Origin: Mobula hypostoma
Lineage: Eukaryota
Direction of reading: 5' to 3'
Assembly: GCF_963921235.1 (NCBI RefSeq)
Contig: NC_086097.1
Span: 50,036,001 to 50,100,000, forward strand
Length of the DNA: 64,000 bases
Positions 40,001 through 55,000 of this stretch are shown here, piece by piece. The notes beneath the pieces are model-generated. The model was not told the origin of the DNA. It did no database searches and worked only from the letters and a program-made list of their open reading frames with translations. Each line of letters starts with the position of its first letter. Position 1 is the first letter of the stretch. A program made the position numbers and the translations under genes.

Positions 40001-43000
40001 AGAGCTTTAATATCAGGTGCAGAAATTCCAAATCTGGGCACCTTAAATTTTGGGACCTTCATTTTCCCTCTTTTGCCTTCAATATCCACTTGCAATGAAT
40101 CTACATCAACTTCACACTCTGGAGCGGAGACTTCAGGCATTTTGCCCTCTATCTCCACCTCAGGCTTTGTCATTGAAACATCTATCTCTGGCTTTTTGAC
40201 GTCCATATCCACCCCTGGACCTTTGAATTTGGGAAGAGATATTCCAAATGAAGGCATTTTCATGGATGGCATTTTAAACTTCCCACCATGACTTTTGATC
40301 TTCCCATCAGCGGATTCAATATCCACATCTATTTCAGGTGCCTGGATGTCAGTACTAATGGCTTGTAGATCCGTTGACATTTCTGGAACTGAAACCTCAA
40401 CATCAGGCTTCTCTACGGCCACATCAATGTCAACTTTACGTTCCGCCTTCGGGAGCGATACATCTATTGATGGCTTTTTAATCATTGGCATTTTTAGGCT
40501 GCCTTCTGGACCCTCCACATGTATACCTCCGACACCAATTTCACCTGCTAACTTGCCTGGTTGTATATCGCCTTCTGGAATTTTAATAGCAGCATCAGGT
40601 TTTGGGAGAGTAATATCAGTTTTAGGAAAGCTGACATCAAGACTCATTTTCGGAGCTTTAATATCAGGTGCAGAAATTCCAAATTTTGGCACTTTCATTT
40701 TTCCTCTTTTTCCTTCAATATCCACTTGCGATGAATCCACATCAAGTTCACACTCAGGAGCGGACACTTCAGGCATTTTGCCCTTGATCTCCACTTCAGG
40801 CTTTGTCATGGAAACATCTATGTCTGGCTTTTTCGCGTCCATATCCACCTCTGGGCCTTTGAATTTGGGAAGAGATATTCCAAATGAAGGCATTTTCATG
40901 GATGGCATTTTAAACTTCCCACCATGACTTTTGATCTTCCCATCAGCAGATTCAATATCCACATCTATTTCAGGTGCCTGGATGTCAGTACTAATGGCTT
41001 GAAGGTCCTTTGACATTTCTGGTAAAGAAACATCAACTTCACACTTTTCTACGGCTACATCAATGTCAACTTTACCTTCCACCTTCGGGAGAGATACATC
41101 TGTTGATGGCTTTTCAATCTTTGGCATTTTTAGACTGACTTCAGGCCCCTCCACATGTATACCTCCGACACCAATTTCACCTTCTAACTTGCCTGGTTGT
41201 ATATTGCCTTCTGGAATTTTAATATCAGCATCAGGTTTTGGGAGAGTAATATCAGTTTTAGGCAAGCTGACATCAAGACTCATTTTCGGAGCTTTAATAT
41301 CAGGTGCAGAAATTCCAAATTTGGGCACCTTAAATTTTGGGACCTTCATTTTCCCTCTTTTGCCTTCAATATCCACTTGCAATGAATCTACATCAAGTTC
41401 ACACTCAGGAGCGGACACTTCAGGCATTTTGCCCTCGATCTCCAATTCAGGCTTTGTCATTGAAACATCTATGTCTGGCTTTTTTACGTCCATATCCACC
41501 TCTGGGCCTTTGAATTTGGGAAGAGATATTCCAAATGAAGGCATTTTCATGGATGGCATTTTAAACTTCCCACCATGACTTTTGATCTTCCCATCAGCGG
41601 ATTCAATATCCACATCTATTTCAGGTGCCTGGATGTCAGTACTAATGGATTGTAGATCCGTTGACATTTCTGGAACTGAAACCTCAACATCAGGCTTCTC
41701 TACGGCCACATCAATGTCAACTTTACCTTCCACCTTCGGGAGCGATACATCTATTGATGGCTTTTTAATCATTGGCATTTTTAGGCTGACTTCTGGACCC
41801 TCCACATGTATACCTCCGACACCAATTTCACCTTCTAACTTGCCTGGTTGTATATCGCCTTCTGGAATTTTAATAGCAGCATCAGGTTTTGGGAGAGTAA
41901 TATCAGTTTTAGGAAAGCTGACATCAAGACTCATTTTCGGAGCTTTAATATCAGGTGCAGAAATTCCAAATGTTGGCACTTTCATTTTTCTTCTTTTTCC
42001 TTCAATATGCACTTGCGGTGAATCTACATCAAGTTCACTCTCAGGAGCGGACACTTCAGGCATTTTGCCCTCGATCTCCAATTCAGGCTTTGTCATTGAA
42101 ACATCTATGTCTGGCTTTTTTACGTCCATATCCACCTCTGGGCCTTTGAATTTGGGAAGAGATATTCCAAATGAAGGCATTTTCATGGATGGCATTTTAA
42201 ACTTCCCACCATGACTTTTGATCTTCCCATCAGCAGATTCAATATCCACATCTATTTCAGGTGCCTGGATGTCAGTACTAATGGCTTGAAGGTCCTTTGA
42301 CATTTCTGGTAAAGAAACATCAACTTCACGCTTTTCTACGGCTACATCAATGTCAACTTTACCATCCACCTTCGGGAGAGATACATCTGTTGATGGCTTT
42401 TCAATCTTTGGCATTTTTAGACTGACTTCAGGACCCTCCACATGTATACCTCCGACACCAATTTCACCTTCTAACTTGCCTGGTTGTATATCGCCTTCTG
42501 GAATTTTAATAGCAGCATCAGGTTTTGGGGGAGTAATATCAGTTTTAGGAAAGCTGACATCAAGTCTCATTTTCGGAGCTTTAATATCAGGTGCAGAAAT
42601 TCCAAATTTTGGCACTTTCATTTTTCCTCTTTTTCCTTCAATATCCACTTGCGATGAATCCACATCAAGTTCACACTCAGGAGCGGACACTTCAGGCATT
42701 TTGCCCTCGATCTCCAATTCAGGCTTTGTCATTGAAACATCTATGTCTGGCTTTTTTACGTCCATATCCAGCTCTGGGCCTTTGAATTTGGGAAGAGATA
42801 TTCCAAATGAAGGCATTTTCATGGATGGCATTTTAAACTTCCCACCATGACTTTTGATCTTCCCATCAGCGGATTCAATATCCACATCTATTTCAGGTGC
42901 CTGGATGTCAGTACTAATGGCTTGTAGATCCGTTGACATTTCTGGAACTGAAACCTCAACATCAGGCTTCTCTACGGCCACATCAATGTCAACTTTACCT

Positions 43001-46000
43001 TCCACCTTCGGGAGCGATACATCTATTGATGGCTTTTTAATCATTGGCATTTTTAGGCTGACTCCTGGACCCTCCACATGTATACCTCCGACACCAATTT
43101 CACCTTCTAACTTGTCTGGTTGTATATCACCTTCTGGAATTTTAATATCAGCATCAGGTTTTGGGAGAGTAATATCAGTTTTAGGCAAGCTGACATCAAG
43201 ACTCATTTTCGGAGCTTTAATATCAGGTGCAGAAATTCCAAATGTTGGCACTTTCATTTTTCTTCTTTTTCCTTCAATATGCACTTGCGGTGACTCCACA
43301 TCAAGTTCACACTCAGGAGCGGACACTTCAGGCATTTTGCCCTCGATCTCCAATTCAGGCTTTGTCATTGAAACATCTATGTCTGGCTTTTTTACGTCCA
43401 TATCCACCTCTGGGCCTTTGAATTTGGGAAGAGATATTCCAAATGAAGGCATTTTCATGGATGGCATTTTAAACTTCCCACCATGACTTTTGATCTTCCC
43501 ATCAGCGGATTCAATATCCACATCTATTTCAGGTGCCTGGATGTCAGTACTAATGGCTTGTAGATCCGTTGACATTTCTGGAACTGAAACCTCAACATCA
43601 GGCTTCTCTACGGCCACATCAATGTCAACTTTACCTTCCACCTTCGGGAGAGATACATCTATTGATGGCTTTTCAATCTTTGGCATTTTTAGACTGACTC
43701 CTGGACCCTCCACATGTATACCTCCGACACCAATTTCACCTTCTAACTTGCCTGGTTGTATATTGCCTTCTGGAATTTTAATAGCAGCATCGGGTTTTGG
43801 GAGAGTAATATCAGTTTGAGGCAAGCTGACATCAAGACTCATTTTCGGAGCTTTAATATCAGGTGCAGAAATTCCAAATTTGGGCACCTTAAATTCTGGG
43901 ACCTTCATTTTCCCTCTTTTGCCTTCAATATCCACTTGCAATGAATCTACATCAACTTCACACTCTGGAGCGGAGACTTCAGGCATTTTGCCCTCTATCA
44001 CCACTTCAGGCTTTGTCATTGAAACATCTATGTCTGGCTTTTTTACGTCCATATCCACCTCTGGGCCTTTGAATTTGGGAAGAGATATTCCAAATGAAGG
44101 CATTTTCATGGATGGCATTTTAAACTTCCCACCATGACTTTTGATCTTCCCATCAGCGGATTCAATATCCACATCTATTTCGGGTGCCTGGATGTCAGTA
44201 CTAATGGCTTGTAGATCCGTTGACATTTCTGGAACTGAAACCTCAACATCAGGCTTCTCTACGGCCACATCAATGTCAACTTTACCTTCCACCTTCGGGA
44301 GCGAAATATCTATTGATGGCTTTTCAATCTTTGGTATTTTTAGGCTGACTTCTGGACCCTCCATATGTATACCTCCGACACCAATTTCACCTTCTAACTT
44401 GCCTGGTTGTATATCGCCTTCTGGAATTTTAATATCAGCATCAGGTTTTGGGAGAGTAATATCAGTTTTAGGCAAGCTGACATCAAGATTCATTTTCGGA
44501 ACTTTAATATCAGGTGCAGAAATTCCAAATTTTGGCACTTTCATTTTTCCTCTTTTTCCTACAATATCCACTTGCGGTGAATCCACATCAAGTTCACACT
44601 CAGGAGCGGACACTTCAGGCATTTTGCCCTTGATCTCCACTTCAGGCTTTGTCATGGAAACATCTATGTCTGGCTTTTTCGCGTCCATATCCACCTCTGG
44701 GCCTTTGAATTTGGGAAGAGATATTCCAAATGAAGGCATTTTCATGGATGGCATTTTAAATTTACCACCATGACTTTTCATCTTCCCATCAGCAGATTCA
44801 ATATCCACATCTATTTCAGGTGCCTGGATGTCAGTACTAACGGCTTGAAGGTCCTTTGACATTTCTGGTAAAGAAACATCAACATCACGCTTTTCTACGG
44901 CTACATCAATGTCAACTTTACCTTCCACCTTCGGGAGAGATACATCTGTTGATGGCTTTTCAATCTTTGGCATTTTTAGACTGACTTCAGGACCCTCCAC
45001 ATGTATACCTCCGACACCAATTTCACCTTCTAACTTGCCTGGTTTTATATCGCCTTCTGGAATTTTAATATCAGCATCAAGTTTTGGGAGAGTAATATCA
45101 GTTTTAGGCAAGCTGACATCAAGACTCATTTTCGGAGCTTTAATATCAGGTGCAGAAATTCCAAATTTTGGCACCTTAAATTTTGGGACCTTCATTGTCC
45201 CACTTTTGCCTTCAATATCCATTTGCAATGAATCTACATCAACTTCACACTCTGGAGCGGACACTTCAGACATTTTGCCCTCAATCTCCACTTCAGGCTT
45301 TGTCATTGAAACATCGATGGCTGGCTTTTTTACATCCTTATCGACCTCTGGACCTTTGAATTTGGGAAGAGATATTCCAAATGATGGCATTTTAAACTTA
45401 CCACCATGACTTTTGATCTTCCCATCAGTGGATTCAATATCCACATCTATTTCAGGTGCCTGGATGTCAGTACTAATGGCTTGAAGGTCCTTTGACATTT
45501 CTGCTAAAGAAACACCAACATCAGGCTTCTCTACGGCCACATCAATGTCAACTTTACCTTCCACCTTCGGGAGAGATACATCTGTTGATGGCTTTTCAAT
45601 CTTTGGCATTTTTAGACTGACTTCAGGACCCTCCACATGTATACCTCCGACACCAATTTCACCTTCTAACTTGCCTGGTTGTATATCGCCTTCTAGAATT
45701 TTAATATCAGCATCAGGTTTTGGGAGAGTAATATCAGTTTTAGGCAAGCTGACATCAAGACTCATTTTCGGAGCTTTAAAATCAGGTGCAGAAATTCCAA
45801 ATTTTGGCACTTTCATTTTTCCTCTTTTTCCTTCAATATCCACTTGCGATGAATCCACATCAAGTTCACACTCACGAGCGGACACTTCAGGCATTTTGCC
45901 CTCGATCTCCACTTCAGGCTTTGTCATTGAAACATCTATGTCTGGCTTTTTTATGTCCATATCCACCCCTGGACCTTTGAATTTGGGAAGAGATATTCCA

Positions 46001-49000
46001 AATGAAGGCATTTTCATGGATGGCATTTTAAACTTCCCACCATGACTTTTGATCTTCCCATCAGCGGATTCAATATCCACATCTATTTCGGGTGCCTGGA
46101 TGTCAGTACTAATGGCTTGTAGATCCGTTGACATTTCTGGAACTGAAACCTCAACATCAGGCTTCTCTACAGCCACATCAATGTCAACTTTACCTTCCAC
46201 CTTCAGGAGAGATACATCTGTTGATGGCTTTTCAATCTTTGGCATTTTTACATTAACTTCAGGACCCTCCACATGTATACCTCCAACACCAATTTCACCT
46301 TCTAACTTGCCTGGTTTTATATCGCCTTCTGGAATTTTAATATCAGCATCAAGTTTTGGGAGAGTAATATCAGTTTTAGGCACGCTGACATCAAGACTCA
46401 TCTTCGGAGCTTTAATATCAGGTGCAGAAATTCCAAATTTTGGCACCTTAAATTTTGGGACCTTCATTTTCCCTCTTTTGCCTTCAATATCCACTTGCAA
46501 TGAATCTACATCAACTTCACACTCCGGAGCGGAGACTTCAGGCATTTTGCCCTCTATCTCCGCTTCAGGCTTTGTCATTGAAACATCTATGTCTGGCTTT
46601 TTTCCGTCCATATCCACCCCTGGACCTTTGAATTTGGGAAGAGATATTCCAAATGAAGGCATTTTCATAGATGGCATTTTAAACTTCCCACCATGACTTT
46701 TGATCTTCCCATCAGCGGATTCAATATCCACATGTATTTCAGGTGCCTGGATGTCAGTACTAATGGCTTGTAAATCCGTTGAAATTTCTGGAACTGAAAC
46801 CTCAACATCAGGCTTCTCTACGGCCACATCAATGTCAACTTTACCTTCCACCTTCGGGAGCGATACATCTATTGATGGCTTTTTAATCTTTGGCATTTTT
46901 AGACTGACTTCTGGACCCTCCACATGTATACCTCCGACACCAATTTCACCTTCTAACTTGCCTGGTTGTATATCGCCTTCTGGAATGTTAATATCAGCAT
47001 CAGGTTTTGGGAGAGTAATATCAGTTTTAGGCAAGCTGACATCAAGATTCATTTTCGGAGCTTTAAAATCAGGTGCAGAAATTCCAAATTTTGGCACTTT
47101 CATTTTTCCTCTTTTTCCTTCAATATCCACTTGCGATGAATCCACATCAAGTTCACACTCAGGAGCGGACACTTCAGGCATTTTGCCCTCGATCTCCAAT
47201 TCAGGCTTTGTCATTGAAACATCTATGTCTGGCTTTTTTGCGTCCATATCCACCTCTCGACCTTTGAACTTGTGAAGAGATATTCCAAATGAAGGCATTT
47301 TCATGGATGGCATTTTAAATTTACCACCATGACTTTTCAACTTCCCATCAGCAGATTCAATATCCACATCTATTTCAGGTGCCTGGATGTCAGTACTAAC
47401 GGCTTGAAGGTCCTTTGACATTTCTGGTAAAGAAACATCAACATCAGGCTTTTCTACGGCCACATCAATGTCAACTTTACCTTCCACCTTCGGGATCGAT
47501 ACATCTATTGATGGCTTTTCAATCTTCGGCATTTTTAGGCTGACTTCTGGACCCTCCACATGTATACCTCCGACACCAATTTCACCTTCTAACTTGCCTG
47601 GTTGTATATCGCCTTCTGCAATTTTAATATCAGCATCAGATTTTGGGAGAGTAATATCAGTTTTAGGCAAGCTGACATCAAGACTCATTTTCGGAGCTTT
47701 AATATCAGGTGCAGAAATTCCAAATTTGGGCACATTAAATTTTGGGACCTTAATTTTTTCTCTTTTGCCTTCAATATCCACTTGCGATGAATCCACATCA
47801 AGTTCACACTCAGGAGCGGACACTTCAGGCATTTTGCCCTCAATCTCCACTTCGGGCTTTGTCATTGAAACATCTATGTCTGGCTTTTTCGCGTCCATAT
47901 CCACCTCTGGACCTTTGAATTTGTGAAGAGATATTCCAAATGAAGGCATTTTCATGGATGGCATTCTAAATTTACCACCATGACTTTTCATCTTCCCATC
48001 AGCAGATTCAATATCCACATCTATTTCAGGTGCCTGGGCTTGAAGGTCCTTTGACATTTCTGGTAAAGAAACACCAACATCAGGCTTTTCTACGACTACA
48101 TCAATGTCAACTTTACCTTCCACCTTCGGGAGAGATACATCTGTTGATGGCTTTTCAATCTTTGGCATTTTTAGACTAACTTCAGGACCCTCCACATGTA
48201 TACCTCCAACACCAATTTCACCTTCTAACTTGCCTGGTTTTATATCGCCTTCTGGAATTTTAATATCAGCATCAAGTTTTGGGAGAGTAATATCAGTTTT
48301 AGGCAAGCTGACATCAAGACTCATTTTCGGAGCTTTAATATCAGGTGCAGAAATTCCAAATTTTGGCACCTTAAATTTTGGGACCTTCATTTTCCCTCTT
48401 TTGCCTTCAATATCCACTTGCAATGAATCTACATCAACTTCACACTCTGCAGCGGAGACTTCAGGCATTTTGCCCTCTATCTCCACTTCAGGCTTTGTCA
48501 TTGAAACATCTATGTCTGGCTTTTTTACGTCCATATCCACCCTTGGACCTTTGAATTTGGGAAGAGATATTCCAAATGAAGGCATTTTCATGGATGGTAT
48601 TTTAAACTTCCCACCATGACTTTTGATCTTCCCATCAGCGGATTCAATATCCACATCTATTTCGGGTGCCTGGATGTCAGTAATAATGGCTTGTAGATCC
48701 GTTGACATTTCTGGAACTGAAACCTCAACATCAGGCTTCTCTACAGCCACATCAATGTCAACTTTACCTTCCACCTTCGGGAGAGATACATCTGTTGATG
48801 GCTTTTCAATCTTTGGCATTTTTAGACTAACTTCAGGACCCTCCACATGTTTACCTCCGACACCAATTTCACCTTCTAACTTGCCTGGTTGTATATCGCC
48901 TTCTGGAATTTTAATATCAGCATCAAGTTTTGGGAGAGTAATATCAGTTTTAGGCAAGCTGACATCAAGACTCATTTTCGGAGCTTTAATATCAGGTGCA

Positions 49001-52000
49001 CAAATTCCAAATGTTGGCACTTTCATTTTTCTTCTTTTTCCTTCAATATCCACTTGCGATGAATCCACATCACGTTCACACTCAGGAGCGGACACTTCAG
49101 GCATTTTGCCCTCGATCTCCAATTCAGGCTTTGTCATTGAAACATCTATGTCTGGCTTTTTCGCGTCTATATCCACCACTGGACCTTTAAATTTGGGAAG
49201 AGATATTCCAAATGAAGGCATTTTCATGGATGGCATTTTAAATTTACCACCATGACTTTTCATCTTCCCATCAGCAGATTCAATATCCACATCTATTTCA
49301 GGTGCCTGGATGTCAGTACTAATGGCTTGAAGGTCCTTTGACATTTCTGGTAAAGAAACATCAATTTCACGCTTTTCTACGGCTACATCAATGTCAACTT
49401 TACCTTCCACCTTCGGGAGAGATACATCTGTTGATGGCTTTTCAATCTTTGGCATTTTTAGACTGACTTCAGGCCCCTCCACATGTATACCTCCGACACC
49501 AATTTCACCTTCTAACTTGCCTGGTTGTATATTGCCTTCTGGAATTTTAATATCAGCATCAGGTTTTGGGAGAGTAATATCAGTTTCAGGCAAGCTGACA
49601 TCAAGGCTCATTTTCGGAGCTTTAATATCAGGTGCAGAAATTCCAAATTTGGGCACCTTAAATTTTGGGACCTTCATTTTCCCTCTTTTGCCTTCAATAT
49701 CCACTTGCAATGAATCTACATCAAGTTCACACTCAGGAGCGGACACTTCAGGCATTTTGCCCTCGATCTCCAATTCAGGCTTTGTCATTGAAACATCTAT
49801 GTCTGGCTTTTTTACGTCCATATCCACCTCTGGGCCTTTGAATTTGGGAAGAGATATTCCAAATGAAGGCATTTTCATGGATGGCATTTTAAACTTCCCA
49901 CCATGACTTTTGATCTTCCCATCAGCGGATTCAATATCCACATCTATTTCAGGTGCCTGGATGTCAGTACTAATGGATTGTAGATCCGTTGACATTTCTG
50001 GAACTGAAACCTCAACATCAGGCTTCTCTACGGCCACATCAATGTCAACTTTACCTTCCACCTTCGGGAGCGATACATCTATTGATGGCTTTTTAATCAT
50101 TGGCATTTTTAGGCTGACTTCTGGACCCTCCACATGTATACCTCCGACACCAATTTCACCTTCTAACTTGCCTGGTTGTATATCGCCTTCTGGAATTTTA
50201 ATAGCAGCATCAGGTTTTGGGAGAGTAATATCAGTTTTAGGAAAGCTGACATCAAGACTCATTTTCGGAGCTTTAATATCAGGTGCAGAAATTCCAAATG
50301 TTGGCACTTTCATTTTTCTTCTTTTTCCTTCAATATGCACTTGCGGTGAATCTACATCAAGTTCACACTCAGGAGCGGACACTTCAGGCATTTTGCCCTC
50401 GATCTCCAATTCAGGCTTTGTCATTGAAACATCTATGTCTGGCTTTTTTACGTCCATATCCACCTCTGGGCCTTTGAATTTGGGAAGAGATATTCCAAAT
50501 GAAGGCATTTTCATGGATGGCATTTTAAACTTCCCACCATGACTTTTGATCTTCCCATCAGCAGATTCAATATCCACATCTATTTCAGGTGCCTGGATGT
50601 CAGTACTAATGGCTTGAAGGTCCTTTGACATTTCTGGTAAAGAAACATCAATTTCACGCTTTTCTACGGCTACATCAATGTCAACTTTACCATCCACCTT
50701 CGGGAGAGATACATCTATTGATGGCTTTTCAATCTTTGGCATTTTTAGACTGACTTCAGGACCCTCGACATATATACCTCCGACACCAATTTCACCTTCT
50801 AACTTGCCTGGTTGTATATTGCCTTCTGGAATTTTAATAGCAGCATCGGGTTTTGGGAGAGTAATATCAGTTTGAGGCAAGCTGACATCAAGACTCATTT
50901 TCGGAGCTTTAATATCAGGTGCAGAAATTCCAAATTTGGGCACCTTAAATTCTGGGACCTTCATTTTCCCTCTTTTGCCTTCAATATCCACTTGCAATGA
51001 ATCTACATCAACTTCACACTCTGGAGCGGAGACTTCAGGCATTTTGCCCTCTATCACCACTTCAGGCTTTGTCATTGAAACATCTATGTCTGGCTTTTTT
51101 ACGTCCATATCCACCTCTGGGCCTTTGAATTTGGGAAGAGATATTCCAAATGAAGGCATTTTCATGGATGGCATTTTAAACTTCCCACCATGACTTTTGA
51201 TCTTCCCATCAGCGGATTCAATATCCACATCTATTTCGGGTGCCTGGATATCAGTACTAATGGCTTGTAGATCCGTTGACATTTCTGGAACTGAAACCTC
51301 AACATCAGGCTTCTCTACGGCCACATCAATGTCAACTTTACCTTCCACCTTCGGGAGCGAAATATCTATTGATGGCTTTTCAATCTTTGGTATTTTTAGG
51401 CTGACTTCTGGACCCTCCATATGTATACCTCCGACACCAATTTCACCTTCTAACTTGCCTGGTTGTATATCGCCTTCTGGAATTTTAATATCAGCATCAG
51501 GTTTTGGGAGAGTAATATCAGTTTTAGGCAAGCTGACATCAAGATTCATTTTCGGAACTTTAATATCAGGTGCAGAAATTCCAAATTTTGGCACTTTCAT
51601 TTTTCCTCTTTTTCCTACAATATCCACTTGCGGTGAATCCACATCAAGTTCACACTCAGGAGCGGACACTTCAGGCATTTTGCCCTTGATCTCCACTTCA
51701 GGCTTTGTCATGGAAACATCTATGTCTGGCTTTTTCGCGTCCATATCCACCTCTGGGCCTTTGAATTTGGGAAGAGATATTCCAAATGAAGGCATTTTCA
51801 TGGATGGCATTTTAAATTTACCACCATGACTTTTCATCTTCCCATCAGCAGATTCAATATCCACATCTATTTCAGGTGCCTGGATGTCAGTACTAACGGC
51901 TTGAAGGTCCTTTGACATTTCTGGTAAAGAAACATCAACATCACGCTTTTCTACGGCTACATCAATGTCAACTTTACCTTCCACCTTCGGGAGAGATACA

Positions 52001-55000
52001 TCTGTTGATGGCTTTTCAATCTTTGGCATTTTTAGACTGACTTCAGGACCCTCCACATGTATACCTCCGACACCAATTTCACCTTCTAACTTGCCTGGTT
52101 TTATATCGCCTTCTGGAATTTTAATATCAGCATCAAGTTTTGGGAGAGTAATATCAGTTTTAGGCAAGCTGACATCAAGACTCATTTTCGGAGCTTTAAT
52201 ATCAGGTGCAGAAATTCCAAATTTTGGCACCTTAAATTTTGGGACCTTCATTGTCCCACTTTTGCCTTCAATATCCACTTGCAATGAATCTACATCAACT
52301 TCACACTCTGGAGCGGACACTTCAGACATTTTGCCCTCAATCTCCACTTCAGGCTTTGTCATTGAAACATCGATGGCTGGCTTTTTTACATCCTTATCGA
52401 CCTCTGGACCTTTGAATTTGGGAAGAGATATTCCAAATGATGGCATTTTAAACTTACCACCATGACTTTTGATCTTCCCATCAGTGGATTCAATATCCAC
52501 ATCTATTTCAGGTGCCTGGATGTCAGTACTAATGGCTTGAAGGTCCTTTGACATTTCTGCTAAAGAAACACCAACATCAGGCTTCTCTACGGCCACATCA
52601 ATGTCAACTTTACCTTCCACCTTCGGGAGAGATACATCTGTTGATGGCTTTTCAATCTTTGGCATTTTTAGACTGACTTCAGGACCCTCCACATGTATAC
52701 CTCCGACACCAATTTCACCTTCTAACTTGCCTGGTTTTATATCGCCTTCTAGAATTTTAATATCAGCATCAGGTTTTGGGAGAGTAATATCAGTTTTAGG
52801 CAAGCTGACATCAAGACTCATTTTCGGAGCTTTAAAATCAGGTGCAGAAATTCCAAATTTTGGCACTTTCATTTTTCCTCTTTTTCCTTCAATATCCACT
52901 TGCGATGAATCCACATCAAGTTCACACTCACGAGCGGACACTTCAGGCATTTTGCCCTCGATCTCCACTTCAGGCTTTGTCATTGAAACATCTATGTCTG
53001 GCTTTTTTACGTCCATATCCACCCCTGGACCTTTGAATTTGGGAAGAGATATTCCAAATGAAGGCATTTTCATGGATGGCATTTTAAACTTCCCACCATG
53101 ACTTTTGATCTTCCCATCAGCGGATTCAATATCCACATGTATTTCAGGTGCCTGGATGTCAGTACTAATGGCTTGTAAATCCGTTGACATTTCTGGAACT
53201 GAAACCTCAACATCAGGCTTCTCTACGGCCACATCAATGTCAACTTTACCTTCCACCTTCGGGAGCGATACATCTATTGATGGCTTTTTAATCATTGGCA
53301 TTTTTAGGCTGACTTCTGGACCCTCCACATGTATACCTCCGACACCAATTTCACCTTCTAACTTGCCTGGTTGTATATCGCCTTCTAGAATTTTAATATC
53401 AGCATCAGGTTTTGGGAGAGTAATATCAGTTTTAGGCAAGCTGACATCAAGACTCATTTTCGGAGCTTTAAAATCAGGTGCAGAAATTCCAAATTTTGGC
53501 ACTTTCATTTTTCCTCTTTTTCCTTCAATATCCACTTGCGATGAATCCACATCAAGTTCACACTCACGAGCGGACACTTCAGGCATTTTGCCCTCGATCT
53601 CCACTTCAGGCTTTGTCATTGAAACATCTATGTCTGGCTTTTTTATGTCCATATCCACCCCTGGACCTTTGAATTTGGGAAGAGATATTCCAAATGAAGG
53701 CATTTTCATGGATGGCATTTTAAACTTCCCACCATGACTTTTGATCTTCCCATCAGCGGATTCAATATCCACATCTATTTCGGGTGCCTGGATGTCAGTA
53801 CTAATGGCTTGTAGATCCGTTGACATTTCTGGAACTGAAACCTCAACATCAGGCTTCTCTACAGCCACATCAATGTCAACTTTACCTTCCACCTTCAGGA
53901 GAGATACATCTGTTGATGGCTTTTCAATCTTTGGCATTTTTACATTAACTTCAGGACCCTCCACATGTATACCTCCAACACCAATTTCACCTTCTAACTT
54001 GCCTGGTTTTATATCGCCTTCTGGAATTTTAATATCAGCATCAAGTTTTGGGAGAGTAATATCAGTTTTAGGCACGCTGACATCAAGACTCATCTTCGGA
54101 GCTTTAATATCAGGTGCAGAAATTCCAAATTTTGGCACCTTAAATTTTGGGACCTTCATTTTCCCTCTTTTGCCTTCAATATCCACTTGCAATGAATCTA
54201 CATCAACTTCACACTCCGGAGCGGAGACTTCAGGCATTTTGCCCTCTATCTCCGCTTCAGGCTTTGTCATTGAAACATCTATGTCTGGCTTTTTTCCGTC
54301 CATATCCACCCCTGGACCTTTGAATTTGGGAAGAGATATTCCAAATGAAGGCATTTTCATGGATGGCATTTTAAACTTCCCACCATGACTTTTGATCTTC
54401 CCATCAGCGGATTCAATATCCACATGTATTTCAGGTGCCTGGATGTCAGTACTAATGGCTTGTAAATCCGTTGAAATTTCTGGAACTGAAACCTCAACAT
54501 CAGGCTTCTCTACGGCCACATCAATGTCAACTTTACCTTCCACCTTCGGGAGCGATACATCTATTGATGGCTTTTTAATCTTTGGCATTTTTAGACTGAC
54601 TTCTGGACCCTCCACATGTATACCTCCGACACCAATTTCACCTTCTAACTTGCCTGGTTGTATATCGCCTTCTGGAATGTTAATATCAGCATCAGGTTTT
54701 GGGAGAGTAATATCAGTTTTAGGCAAGCTGACATCAAGATTCATTTTCGGAGCTTTAAAATCAGGTGCAGAAATTCCAAATTTTGGCACTTTCATTTTTC
54801 CTCTTTTTCCTTCAATATCCACTTGCGATGAATCCACATCAAGTTCACACTCAGGAGCGGACACTTCAGGCATTTTGCCCTCGATCTCCAATTCAGGCTT
54901 TGTCATTGAAACATCTATGTCTGGCTTTTTTGCGTCCATATCCACCTCTCGACCTTTGAACTTGTGAAGAGATATTCCAAATGAAGGCATTTTCATGGAT